The notes: generated from the sequence alone by a model not told the origin. A DNA stretch of 20,951 nucleotides from Acidobacteriota bacterium (GCA_036507075.1 DASXQR010000223.1:1-20951), one strand, 5' to 3'. Positions 1-8,294 are shown, counted from the stretch's first letter. A program made the numbers and translations.

Positions 1-168
1 AGCAAAATAATTGACGCTTTCGGCTTCAATCAAAGCGCTGCTTTTGTCCAGCGCCTCGCGCGAGCGCGCGACCATGGCCACGCGGCAGCCCTGCCGGATC
101 AGGACGCGCGCAATCTCATAGCCAATGCCACGCGATGCGCCTGTAACAACCGCGATGCGATCTCTCAT
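1..168 (-). CDS. fabG: 3-oxoacyl-ACP reductase, N-terminal part (runs off window)
   Basis: Manual translation from ATG at 168: MRDRIAVVTGASRGIGYEIARVL..., with the SDR TGxxxGIG motif; ATGA overlap with the fabD stop; canonical fabD-fabG order. Confidence 0.9.
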   Translation of the reverse strand, partial: MRDRIAVVTGASRGIGYEIARVLIRQGCRVAMVARSREALDKSSALIEAESVNYFA

Positions 169-1133
169 GTTGTTCCCCGGGGACTCGAAACCAGGGACTC
201 GATGGAAGCAACATCTCCCGCACAGGCGATATTGCTCGTCCTGGAAATGCGCTTGACCAACGCGGTCAACACGCGGCCCGGCCCGACTTCAAGGAAGCTC
301 GATACGCCGCCCGCGAGCATCAGCTCGATGCTCTGCGTCCATCGCACCGGAGAAGACACCTGCCGAATCAGGCACTCACGCGCCTCCTGACCGGCGCGGA
401 TCCTGCGCGCATCGACGTTGCAGACCAGCGGCACCTGAAGATCGCGAAATTGAATTTCGCCCAGCAGGCGCTCCAGTTTTTCCTGGGCCGGCTTCATAAG
501 AGGACAATGGAAAGGAGCGCTTACCTGAAGCGGGATTACTCTTTTCGCGCCCCGCTGCATGGCTCTTTCCGATGCCAGCGCCACTCCCTCCTTGTGGCCG
601 GCGATGACAATCTGGCCCGGATCGTTGAAGTTGGCGGGTGTGACGATCCAGTCGCGGACCGAGCGGCATATGTCCACCAGGTCCTCTTCTCCCAGGCCCA
701 GCACAGCGGCCATGCTGCCGGTGCCCACCGGCACGGCTTCCTGCATCCACTCGCCGCGCTTGCGTGTGACGCGCGCGGCATCCTCAAAATCCAGACCGCC
801 GGCGGCCACCAGCGCGGAGTATTCGCCCAGACTGTGTCCCGCGACCAGGGAAGGCTGCACGCCGCGGCGTTGTAGAACGCGGAAGGCGGCCACGCTGCAG
901 GTTAGAATCGCCGGCTGCGTGTTGGCCGTGAGCTTCAGTTCTTCGGCCGGTCCATCGAAACAGAGGCGGCTGAGAGAAAACCCGAGAGCGTCGTCTGCGG
1001 CCTGGAAGATTTCCCTCGCTTCCGGGTGATGTTCGTACAGGTCCTTTCCCATTCCCACCTCCTGCGAACCCTGCCCGGGGAAAAGGAAGGCGGTAGGATG
1101 GGAAGCATTCTCAGACGGCAAACTGGACCTCAT
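165..1133 (-). CDS. fabD: Malonyl CoA-ACP transacylase
   Basis: AFLFPGQGSQ, TQPAI, GHSLGEY active site and VSAPFH motifs. ATG 1133 is the likely start; the ORF-track extension to 1286 crosses intergenic repeats. Confidence 0.96.
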   Translation of the reverse strand: MRSSLPSENASHPTAFLFPGQGSQEVGMGKDLYEHHPEAREIFQAADDALGFSLSRLCFDGPAEELKLTANTQPAILTCSVAAFRVLQRRGVQPSLVAGHSLGEYSALVAAGGLDFEDAARVTRKRGEWMQEAVPVGTGSMAAVLGLGEEDLVDICRSVRDWIVTPANFNDPGQIVIAGHKEGVALASERAMQRGAKRVIPLQVSAPFHCPLMKPAQEKLERLLGEIQFRDLQVPLVCNVDARRIRAGQEARECLIRQVSSPVRWTQSIELMLAGGVSSFLEVGPGRVLTALVKRISRTSNIACAGDVASIESLVSSPRGTT

Positions 1134-1292
1134 TTCAAATTGTGAAGCCTCGGATGCGGAAGGGATATTAACCACAAAGGTGGCAAAGACAAAGATTAAT
1201 CTGGTCCCGCGACACGGGATAGTGGCTTTGCCGCCAGCTCTTGCGGAAAGGCTTCTCCTTTCCGTCGAGAACCACTCCACAAACATCCGAGG

Positions 1293-1319
1293 CTGTGCCT
1301 CGGAATTCGTGAGGCACAG
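1293..1319 (-). terminator. Stem-loop just downstream of plsX
   Basis: CTGTGCCTC-9 nt-GAGGCACAG perfect 9-bp stem about 10 nt after the plsX stop; no U-tract, so it may be a stabilising or processing hairpin. Confidence 0.35.
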
Positions 1320-1328
1320 GCAGGGAAC

Positions 1329-2339
1329 TCACGATTCATACGGGCGGGCTAGCTGCGAAATACCCTGCTGGATCCGATCGTTGACCTTCATGGCGCAGAA
1401 TTCGTGGGCCACGCGCACGGCATTCTTGATGGCGTTGCTGTTTGACCGCCCGTGGCAGATGATCGATACTCCGCGAATACCCAACAGCGGCGCGCCTCCA
1501 TATTCAGAATAATCGAGCTTTCGCTTCAAGGCCCGAAAGGACTGCTGCGTCAGCAGCGCCCCCACTTTGGTCGACCAGTTTCTCGACAACTCTTCTTTCA
1601 GCAACATCAGCACGGCCTCGATCAGACCTTCACTGATCTTCAGCGCTACGTTTCCGGTGAAGCCGTCGCACACGATCACGTCAATTTTTCCGTCGTATAC
1701 ATCCCTGCCTTCCACGTTGCCGACAAAGTTCAGCTTGGACGCCGAAAGGATTTTGTAAACCTCTTTTGTGAGCTCGTTTCCCTTGCTCTCTTCTTCGCCC
1801 ACCGACATCAGACCGACGGTGGGATTGGCTTTGTGCAGGATATTCTTGCTGTAGATGTGGCCCATAATTGCAAACTGCACCATCTGGTGCGGCTTGCAGT
1901 CCACATTGGCGCCCACGTCGATTAAAACCGAAGCGCCCGTTTTGGTGGGAAGCACGGCGGCCAGAGCGGGGCGATCAACTGATGGAAGCGTGCCCATGAT
2001 CAGCTTACTCACCGCCATTACCGCGCCGGTGTTGCCGGCGCTGACCATTCCGTGCGCCTTGGATTCGCGAACCAGACGGCAGGCTACATGAATCGAGCTG
2101 TCTTTTTTCCTCCGCACGGCGATGGCGGCCGATTCGTTCATGCCGATAACCTCCGAGGCATGTTCGATCCGGATGGGAAGACCGTCGGCCTGATGCTGCC
2201 GCAGCACCTTGGTCAATACGTCCTCACGGCCCACCAGCACCGCCGAAAGCGAGAGTTCGCGCACCGCCTGAATCACGCCTTCCACTTCACTGTATGGAGC
2301 GTTGTCGCTCCCCATTGCGTCGACGACAATGGTATTCAT
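1329..2339 (-). CDS. plsX: Phosphate acyltransferase PlsX
   Basis: IVVDAMGSDNAP, SAGNTGA, DVGANVD, VCDGFTGNVALK, YGGAPLLG and CHGRS motifs; downstream of rpmF. Confidence 0.97.
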   Translation of the reverse strand: MNTIVVDAMGSDNAPYSEVEGVIQAVRELSLSAVLVGREDVLTKVLRQHQADGLPIRIEHASEVIGMNESAAIAVRRKKDSSIHVACRLVRESKAHGMVSAGNTGAVMAVSKLIMGTLPSVDRPALAAVLPTKTGASVLIDVGANVDCKPHQMVQFAIMGHIYSKNILHKANPTVGLMSVGEEESKGNELTKEVYKILSASKLNFVGNVEGRDVYDGKIDVIVCDGFTGNVALKISEGLIEAVLMLLKEELSRNWSTKVGALLTQQSFRALKRKLDYSEYGGAPLLGIRGVSIICHGRSNSNAIKNAVRVAHEFCAMKVNDRIQQGISQLARPYES

Positions 2340-2379
2340 CGACTTGATTGTCAATAGACACCCCATCCTGCATACTTCT

Positions 2380-2486
2380 GAATGCGGATTGTGGAATGCG
2401 GAATGCGGAATAAATCCAACTTATATCTTTGAAGCCGAGCCCAGATCAATTCCTATTCCGCATTCCGCATTCCGAAATCCGCATTC
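2380..2486. repeat. Inverted repeat built from GGAATGC heptamers
   Basis: Arms 2380-2411 and 2455-2486 are complementary at 30/32 positions. Confidence 0.9.
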
Positions 2487-2496
2487 GAGGGTCGGA

Positions 2497-2543
2497 CTCT
2501 GTCTCTGTGATCAAAAGGTCCTTCACCACAAAGACACAAAGAG
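2497..2543. repeat. 9-mer-type (ACCACAAAGACACAAAG) imperfect palindrome
   Basis: CTCTGTCTCTGTG...CACCACAAAGACACAAAGAG; the same motif recurs near 1170, 5530, 7030 and 16270. Confidence 0.65.
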
Positions 2544-2556
2544 TTCCAGTTTTGGA

Positions 2557-2739
2557 TCAGCTTTCTTCGACTGCGATGACCTGCCGTCCCTTGTAATACC
2601 CGCAGTGCGGGCAAGCCCGATGCGGAAGAATGCGTTCGTGACATTGCGGGCAGATGGAAAGCGAAGCGGCTTTCAACGCGTCGTGCGCACGGCGTTTCGA
2701 TGTGCGTGATTTGGAATGTCTTCTTTTAGGATTGGGCAT
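2557..2739 (-). CDS. rpmF: 50S ribosomal protein L32 (Zn-binding CxxC/CxxC type)
   Basis: [12 protein letters not shown]...CPQC...[14 protein letters not shown]. Confidence 0.98.
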   Translation of the reverse strand: MPNPKRRHSKSRTSKRRAHDALKAASLSICPQCHERILPHRACPHCGYYKGRQVIAVEES

Positions 2740-2748
2740 TGAGACTCC

Positions 2749-3285
2749 TCATTTCTTCAAACGGTCGCGCAGGGCCGCAAGAGGCGCTAACCGCGGATCG
2801 GCAGATTCCTGCGTGCAGGAACAAGTCCCCAGGTTTAGATCCGCTCCGCACTTGCCGCACAGCCCTCGACATTCCGGCGAGCAAACAGGCTTCATCGGGA
2901 TTTCCAGGATGATTTGTTCAGTGATCACCAAATTCAAATCAATCCTGGAGTCGCTGAAAAAACCGATGTCCAGCTCGTCGTAGGAAAGCGCGATCTCCTC
3001 GTCGGGTTGTCGCGGCTGGTTTGGGACATATGTCAGATCAAACGATTTTTCAATATTCCTCGGAAAGCCCTTCAGACAGCGGCCGCAAACCAGATCGAGG
3101 CGCGCCGACACGATACCCGACAGGCGGACGTCCTGGGCGCCTATCGGCGCCGCTGATCCGCTGAAATGCACCGGGTTGCGCAGCGCATAAAGATCGCTTT
3201 TTAGCGGCAGCTCACCGGGCCGAAACGTATGCTCCCAGAACATCGGCTCCCGACGCTCGTGAAGCTCCCTGACATCCACCAGCAT
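2749..3285 (-). CDS. yceD: YceD/DUF177 large-subunit rRNA accumulation protein
   Basis: CGRCL, PMKPVCSPECRGLCGKCGADLN and DPRLAPL motifs; directly upstream of rpmF. Confidence 0.93.
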   Translation of the reverse strand: MLVDVRELHERREPMFWEHTFRPGELPLKSDLYALRNPVHFSGSAAPIGAQDVRLSGIVSARLDLVCGRCLKGFPRNIEKSFDLTYVPNQPRQPDEEIALSYDELDIGFFSDSRIDLNLVITEQIILEIPMKPVCSPECRGLCGKCGADLNLGTCSCTQESADPRLAPLAALRDRLKK

Positions 3286-3307
3286 AAATGCTCACTAAAA
3301 TCCTTTA

Positions 3308-4462
3308 TTATACGGGATCGTCGCCGCTTTTGGGAAAAACGAAGTGCTCCCGATATTTCCTGCGCACATACTCGTCGGTCATTCCCGCCAAATAGTCGCA
3401 CACTACGCGGTGCGCCGGCTCGATCTTTTCGTTGATCTTGGACAAGTGATTTCGCGGCAGGCGTTCCGGCTGGGCCATATAAAATTCAAACAGCTTCTTC
3501 AGGATTGTCTCCGCCTCCAGCCGTCCGTCGGTGACTTTGCGATGCGAGTAGAGGCGCGCCGTCAGAAATTGCTTGATATGCAGATTTTCCCCGCTCAATT
3601 CGCCAAAGCGCAGCAAACGTTCCCCGCATTCCCGGACATCCTGGACCCGCTGTACTCCCGCAATCCTGATGCTGTCTTCCGAGGACTCGATCAGGTCGGT
3701 CACCAGCGCGTCCAGCGTACCCCGGAGCGCTTCGTTGAATTTGAGCTTTTCGGGCCGCGCGGGGTACTTCTCTTCAGCGCTGCGAAAAAACCGGCGGAAC
3801 AACGGCACTTCTTCCAGAATCATTTCCACATTGAGCAGCTTCGCTTCGTAGCCGTCGTCCAAATCGGCGGTGTTGTATGCGATCTCGTCTGCCAGATCAA
3901 TCAACTGCGCCTCCAGCGGCGGCCGCTGTTGCAGGAGGTACTCTTTCAGCTCGGCGTAAACGCCAGCCTGCGGTGGGTAATCGCGCGAATGCTTCACGAT
4001 CCCTTCGCGCAGCTCAAACGTGAGATTGAGGCCCGGAAAATCCGGATACTTCTCCTCGAAGTGCTCCACGATCCTGAGGGCGTGGATATTGTGGTCAAAC
4101 GATTCGCCATAGGTTCGCATCAGGTCGTCAAGCACCCGTTCTCCGGTGTGACTGAAGGGGCTGTGCCCGATGTCATGGCTGAGCGCCAGCGCCTCGCACA
4201 AGTCGCTATTCAGCCTCAGGCGGGCGCTCACCGTGCGCGCGACCTGAGCGACTTCGATGGTGTGTGTGAGACGGTTGCGGAAATGGTCGGACAGGTCCGG
4301 ATCAAAAACCTGTGTTTTCTTTTCCAGTCTTCGGAATGCCCGGGAGTGAATTACGCGATCGCGGTCGCGCTGGTATTCGGAGCGGTAGGCGTGCGGGGGC
4401 TCGGGATACCTGCGCCCCAGCGATTCCGAATCGCGCATGGCGTAGGGAGCAAGATCGGCCAT
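3308..4462 (-). CDS. dgt: Deoxyguanosinetriphosphate triphosphohydrolase (HD family)
   Basis: YQRDRDRVIHSRAFRRL, RNRLTHTIEVAQ, HDIGHSPFSH, ADEIAY..DLDD and CDYLAGMTD motifs. Confidence 0.95.
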   Translation of the reverse strand: MADLAPYAMRDSESLGRRYPEPPHAYRSEYQRDRDRVIHSRAFRRLEKKTQVFDPDLSDHFRNRLTHTIEVAQVARTVSARLRLNSDLCEALALSHDIGHSPFSHTGERVLDDLMRTYGESFDHNIHALRIVEHFEEKYPDFPGLNLTFELREGIVKHSRDYPPQAGVYAELKEYLLQQRPPLEAQLIDLADEIAYNTADLDDGYEAKLLNVEMILEEVPLFRRFFRSAEEKYPARPEKLKFNEALRGTLDALVTDLIESSEDSIRIAGVQRVQDVRECGERLLRFGELSGENLHIKQFLTARLYSHRKVTDGRLEAETILKKLFEFYMAQPERLPRNHLSKINEKIEPAHRVVCDYLAGMTDEYVRRKYREHFVFPKSGDDPV

Positions 4463-4465
4463 GAA

Positions 4466-5200
4466 CTATTTGGCAGTGGCGACGGGTGAGTCCAGATGAG
4501 AACGCGCTTCGGCACTGTAAACCGACTGAGCGTGCTCGCGAGTGAGTCGCTGGTAATAGCCGACAGCTTCGCTGTGGCGGCCCAGCGCCTCGGCGGTCTG
4601 GGCCATGCTCATCAGCAGAGCGTCTTTGGGAAATTTGCTCTCCGGATCCCTCAGAATCGCCTGATATTGCTGCAACGCCTGTTCGTTTTTCCCTGTTGCC
4701 CGATAAATGTCGGCCAGCGCGCTTCGCACCAGACTTCGGAACTGCCCATCCGAACTGCTCTGCAGCTCGGTAAGAATGCGGACGGCTTCTTCGTTCTTGT
4801 TTAAAGCATGCTGGCATAGAGCCATGTAGTAGCGCGCCAGCAAACCAATTTTGTGCGACGAGTAGCGCTGATAGACTTTGGTGAACTGGGCCAGAGCCTG
4901 CTGGTACTTCTGTGTTTCGCTGTTAAAGACGGGCTGGTCTTTTGGCGCGGGCGCACCGGCCGCGATCACGTTGGCATGGTAGGTTTCCAGCGCCTCGGCG
5001 AACTGCTTTTGAGCTTCCATATCTCGCGAATGCTGGAAATTTCTCCACAGCAGCGCTCCCACCACGACCACAGCCGCCACCACGCCGACAGTGAGCCACA
5101 TCCGTCCTCTGCCCACAAGCACGGCGGAAGCCCGGCTAAGTCCGGCGTGAATTTGATCCTCACGCTTCAGTTCCCGTCGAGTTAAATGTTTATGCGCCAA
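4466..5200 (-). CDS. Membrane-anchored TPR protein (YfgM-like)
   Basis: Basic N-terminus (RRELKRED), one TM helix, then TPR-like helices (ALQQYQAIL, AVGYYQRL); TTG start with a GAGGAA RBS. Confidence 0.8.
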   Translation of the reverse strand: MAHKHLTRRELKREDQIHAGLSRASAVLVGRGRMWLTVGVVAAVVVVGALLWRNFQHSRDMEAQKQFAEALETYHANVIAAGAPAPKDQPVFNSETQKYQQALAQFTKVYQRYSSHKIGLLARYYMALCQHALNKNEEAVRILTELQSSSDGQFRSLVRSALADIYRATGKNEQALQQYQAILRDPESKFPKDALLMSMAQTAEALGRHSEAVGYYQRLTREHAQSVYSAEARSHLDSPVATAK

Positions 5201-5243
5201 TTCCTCTTCCTTTTCGCCTCGGCAAATTCTATTTCGAATTTCG

Positions 5244-5349
5244 GAATGCGGAATGGGGAATGTGGAATGCGAAATAAAGAAGACTGATAATTGATTGTAT
5301 TCCGCCAGATCAAGTCACTCGCTTATTCCGCATTCCCCATTCCGCATTC
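5244..5349. repeat. Inverted repeat of GGAATGC heptamers (second copy)
   Basis: Arms 5244-5268 and 5325-5349 are complementary at 24/25 positions; same unit as 2380-2486. Confidence 0.9.
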
Positions 5350-5390
5350 GCATTTTTTGCCACCGTTCCAAGCCGCTGGCGTGCGATCAA

Positions 5391-5464
5391 TGCGCCTGGG
5401 AGGACTCGAACCCCCGGCACGAGGTTTAGGAAACCTCTGCTCTATCCACCTGAGCTACAGGCGC
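5391..5464 (-). tRNA. tRNA-Arg(CCT), CCA not encoded
   Basis: GCGCCTGTAGCTCAGGTGGATAGAGCA-GAGGT-TTCCTAA-ACCTC...GGTTCGAGTCC-TCCCAGGCGCA cloverleaf. Confidence 0.96.
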
Positions 5465-5519
5465 ACTCAATGAAAAGGATTAGTTTATCATTTTGAGGCA
5501 TGGCTGCAGAAATTCGGGA

Positions 5520-5774
5520 AGGATTTTCAACCGCCAAGGCACAAAAGGGGAGAACGTGGCATTCCGAATGGCGCCTTTGATCGCGCCCGTCCCAGTAACG
5601 AAGCAGCAGGACCTCCCGTTGCGGCGGCGGCAGCTCGGCCAAGGCGGCTGTCAACACAGAGTCGTCCAGTGGCTCGCTGCCACTCAGTTTCAGTTTTCGG
5701 TCCCTCAGTCCCTCAATCCCTTTTGTCCCTCAGTCCCCTTTGTGCCTTGGTGCCTTGGTGGTTTTGAAAATCCT
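5520..5774. mobile_element. MITE/REPIN-like element bounded by inverted 9-mer-type arms
   Basis: AGGATTTTCAACCGCCAAGGCACAAAAGGGG (5520-5550) is imperfectly complementary to CCCCTTTGTGCCTTGG...TTTTGAAAATCCT (5735-5774); internal GTCCCTCA octamers. Mobility is inferred. Confidence 0.5.
5582..5678 (-). pseudogene. Fragment resembling sigma-70 region 4 of an ECF sigma factor
   Basis: ...DDSVLTAALAELPPPQREVLLLRYWDG matches the L..AL..LP..QREV..LRY..G consensus; no region 2 and no following EIA helix. Confidence 0.6.
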
Positions 5775-5781
5775 GCCCGAA

Positions 5782-6297
5782 TCAGTACTGCAGGATGGAA
5801 AAAAACGGAGTCCCGTCTAGTTTCTCTCTTCCACGGAGGAAAGTAAGTTCGATTAAAAAAGCCGCCCCGACAACTTCCGCTCCCATCTCGCGCGCCATTT
5901 TCACCGTCGCAGCAGCCGTCCCTCCCGTGGCTATCACGTCGTCCACGATGAGCACCTTCTGTCCTGGCTGCACCGCATCTTCATGGATTTCCAAAGCGTC
6001 CTTGCCGTATTCGAGGTCGTAGGTGACAGTTTTGGTTTTCCAGGGAAGCTTGCCGGGCTTGCGCACGGGCACAAATCCTGCGCCCAGGCGGCAAGCTACC
6101 GGAGGGGCGAAAATGAATCCGCGGCTTTCCATGCCCAGCACCAAATCCACACCCTGGTCCGAGAAGCGGTTCACAAACGCGTCGATTACCTCCTTTAACG
6201 CCGCCGGCTCCCGCAGCAGTGTGGTGACGTCGTAGAACAGAATGCCCGGCTTGGGGAAGTCTGGAACTTCGCGAATGATTTTTTTCAGATCCGTCAT
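5782..6297 (-). CDS. apt: Adenine phosphoribosyltransferase
   Basis: PDFPKPGILFYD, ESRGF, VRKPGKLP, YDLEYG and PRPP motif VDDVIATGGT; start is ATG 6297 or GTG 6309. Confidence 0.97.
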   Translation of the reverse strand: MTDLKKIIREVPDFPKPGILFYDVTTLLREPAALKEVIDAFVNRFSDQGVDLVLGMESRGFIFAPPVACRLGAGFVPVRKPGKLPWKTKTVTYDLEYGKDALEIHEDAVQPGQKVLIVDDVIATGGTAAATVKMAREMGAEVVGAAFLIELTFLRGREKLDGTPFFSILQY

Positions 6298-6311
6298 AGT
6301 GTGCGTCACGC

Positions 6312-6590
6312 TCAGTCCTCAATACGGAAGTCGATGCAGTTGTCATCCGGTTGCCGGGTTTCGACGGCAATGTCCCTTACCACAGCAAGCTGGGGGCCTG
6401 ACTTGATCTCCAGCAGAAACTGATCAAGCTGAGATTCTTCTCCCTGAATGTCGATTTCCACCCTGCCGTCACTGAGGTTCCTGACCCATCCCTTTAATTC
6501 CAGCTCTCGGGCGAGGCGAAATGCAAAATAGCGAAATCCCACGCCTTGAACCATGCCTGAAAGCCAGTAATGCTTGCGGCCGATAGTCAT
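6312..6590 (-). CDS. acyP: Acylphosphatase
   Basis: GMVQGVGFRY and GWVRNLSDGRVE signatures. Confidence 0.96.
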   Translation of the reverse strand: MTIGRKHYWLSGMVQGVGFRYFAFRLARELELKGWVRNLSDGRVEIDIQGEESQLDQFLLEIKSGPQLAVVRDIAVETRQPDDNCIDFRIED

Positions 6591-6681
6591 ACAGACCGGA
6601 TCGAGAACAAATGGCTGTCGCGCTGCTGGCGTGAAGTGAATTTGCCGGAACAGCTACAGGTTGTGCTTGAAGTTACATCAG

Positions 6682-6774
6682 TCGGCGTAGTCCGCGTGAA
6701 TCGGCGGCCAGCTCAGCGCAGTCCGCGTCAATCAGCGGCCAACTCAGGGTAATCCGCGTCAATCGGCGGCTAGC
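6682..6774. repeat. Three imperfect 31-bp tandem repeats downstream of tRNA-Pro(CGG)
   Basis: Units 6682-6712, 6713-6743 and 6744-6774, consensus TCAGCGTAGTCCGCGTCAATCGGCGGCCAGC. Confidence 0.9.
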
Positions 6775-6790
6775 TCTTCGAACATCCAAA

Positions 6791-6867
6791 TGGTCGGGGC
6801 GAGAGGATTCGAACCTCCGGCCTCACGGTCCCGAACCGTGCGCGCGACCAAGCTGCGCCACGCCCCG
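6791..6867 (-). tRNA. tRNA-Pro(CGG)
   Basis: CGGGGCGTGGCGCAGCTTGGTCGCGCG-CACGG-TTCGGGA-CCGTG...GGTTCGAATCC...CCCCGACCA. Confidence 0.96.
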
Positions 6868-6904
6868 ACTTACCCGGATGGAAAAGAAGTCGCAAAAGAA
6901 CAGT

Positions 6905-6933
6905 ATTCTAGAGTCCCACCGCCCGTTTGTAAA
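6905..6933 (-). promoter_or_regulatory. sigma70-type promoter of tRNA-Pro(CGG)
   Basis: TTTACA-17 bp-TAGAAT on the minus strand, 37 nt upstream of the tRNA. Confidence 0.7.
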
Positions 6934-6957
6934 CCCGCTTCGGGGACGCCAGGTTTG

Positions 6958-7094
6958 CGAGTTACGGGTTTTCGAGTTTCGGGTTGGTTTGCTGGTGTCT
7001 TGGTGCCTTGGTGGTTTATGAGTTTTTTTCCACCAAGACACCAAGCCAGTTGAACCCACCAACTGAAACCCGTAACTCGAAAACCCGTAACTCG
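6958..7094. repeat. Nested inverted repeat: heptamer outer arms, nonamer inner arms
   Basis: Outer 6958-6985 / 7067-7094 (27/28 complementary, CGAGTTA/CGGGTTT units); inner 6999-7014 / 7030-7045 (15/16, CTTGGTGYC units). Confidence 0.9.
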
Positions 7095-7102
7095 TAACCA
7101 GT

Positions 7103-7879
7103 CTATTTTCTCTTCCTGTCGCCGTTGCGGTGGCTGAGCGCGAACGATTGAATCGCCTCCAGTGCCCGATATGCCGTGGCGTCGCGCTGCAGCGGGGAAA
7201 TGGAAATGTACCCGTTTTTCAACGCGAAATAATCCGTGTCTGGCTCTCCGGTAAAGTCATTCACGTCCTGCCCGATCCAGTAGTACTTCTGGCCTCGGGG
7301 ATCGTCCTTTTCAGAGATCAGAGAATCCTGAATTTCTTTGGTTCCCTGTCGAGTAATCTTCACTCCTATGGGCTTACCGGCGGGAAAATTCAGATTCAAG
7401 AAAACTCCCGGTGGAAGACCCTCTTTCAGAACCGCGGCTGCAAGATCGCGGGTAAATTCGGCGGCCGCGAGATAATCGGGTTTGCTGTTCAAGATTGCGT
7501 GCGATACGGCAATGGAGCAGACCTGGTATAGAGAACCTTCCCGAGCCGCCGCCACCGTGCCGGAATACAGAGTGTCATCGCCCACGTTGGCGCCGGCATT
7601 GATTCCGGAAACCAGCAGGTCCGGTTTTCTGTCGGTCAATTTCTGCAAACCGAACAGGACGCAGTCCACGGGCGTCCCGGTCACGGCAAAACGCCGCTTC
7701 CCCACCGGCCAGATCCGAACCGGATGATGAATGGTAAGCGAGTGACTTACCGCGCTCTTTTCGTCGGCCGGGGCCGCCAGAATCACCTCACCCAGACTCT
7801 CGAGAGCGCGGGCCAGGGCACGCAGTCCGGGGGCGTTGATTCCATCGTCATTGGTCACAAAAATCAGCGGCTTGCTCAT
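7103..7879 (-). CDS. surE: 5'/3'-nucleotidase SurE
   Basis: VTNDDGINAPG, SAVSHSLT, GTPVDCV, SGINAGANVG..LYSGTVAAA and DPRGQKYYW motifs. Confidence 0.97.
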   Translation of the reverse strand: MSKPLIFVTNDDGINAPGLRALARALESLGEVILAAPADEKSAVSHSLTIHHPVRIWPVGKRRFAVTGTPVDCVLFGLQKLTDRKPDLLVSGINAGANVGDDTLYSGTVAAAREGSLYQVCSIAVSHAILNSKPDYLAAAEFTRDLAAAVLKEGLPPGVFLNLNFPAGKPIGVKITRQGTKEIQDSLISEKDDPRGQKYYWIGQDVNDFTGEPDTDYFALKNGYISISPLQRDATAYRALEAIQSFALSHRNGDRKRK

Positions 7880-7890
7880 CAGAACCTCTG

Positions 7891-7899
7891 ATTATACCA
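7891..7899 (-). promoter_or_regulatory. Extended -10 promoter for surE
   Basis: TGGTATAAT (TGn-TATAAT) 11 nt upstream of the surE ATG. Confidence 0.6.
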
Positions 7900-8039
7900 G
7901 CCCCCCTCGGGGGTCCTGTGATTTAACCACAGTCTTTTTGAAACTATTTCAATCGCATCCCATCGGGACTGGAGGATCGAAGGAGTTCTGAAGGGTTCTG
8001 AAGGACCCTTCAATTCCAAAGACTGAGGAGAATGGACCA

Positions 8040-8294
8040 TTGAGCTGCAGGCATTTTAAAAAACACATACTTGTCGACAAGAGCACCATCGTTGTCCCCG
8101 AGGGCGATGAATTCTATTTCGGCCATTGCAAGCTCTTAACTCAGACCCCGAACTTCGAGTTCCAGCTACGCTTCTGCAATTCAGACTCAGCCTTTAACGG
8201 GTGCGAGCATTACCAAAAGGAAGCGGCAGGCCTGCCGGAACTAAAAAACCAAACTATGCAACGCGACGCGCGGCCTGAAAAGGGCCCGGCTTAA
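8040..8294 (+). CDS. Small Cys/His-containing hypothetical protein
   Basis: TTG start 9 nt after a GAGGAG RBS; 84 aa with CRHF, C, C, CEHY; divergent from surE. Confidence 0.6.
   Translation: MSCRHFKKHILVDKSTIVVPEGDEFYFGHCKLLTQTPNFEFQLRFCNSDSAFNGCEHYQKEAAGLPELKNQTMQRDARPEKGPA

Noticed and set aside
3308..4462. dGTPase as an anti-phage defence gene
   Set aside because: It sits co-oriented in a housekeeping cluster with yceD-rpmF-plsX and has no defence neighbours.
3344..4489. 381-aa plus-strand ORF
   Set aside because: Antisense shadow of dgt; no recognisable motifs.
6682..6774. Mini-CRISPR or attachment-site duplication
   Set aside because: Units are contiguous with no spacers and do not match the tRNA 3' end.
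6790..7062. Short ORFs over tRNA-Pro and adjacent repeats (similar ones over the other tRNAs)
   Set aside because: They overlap tRNA genes and repeats and are most likely spurious.
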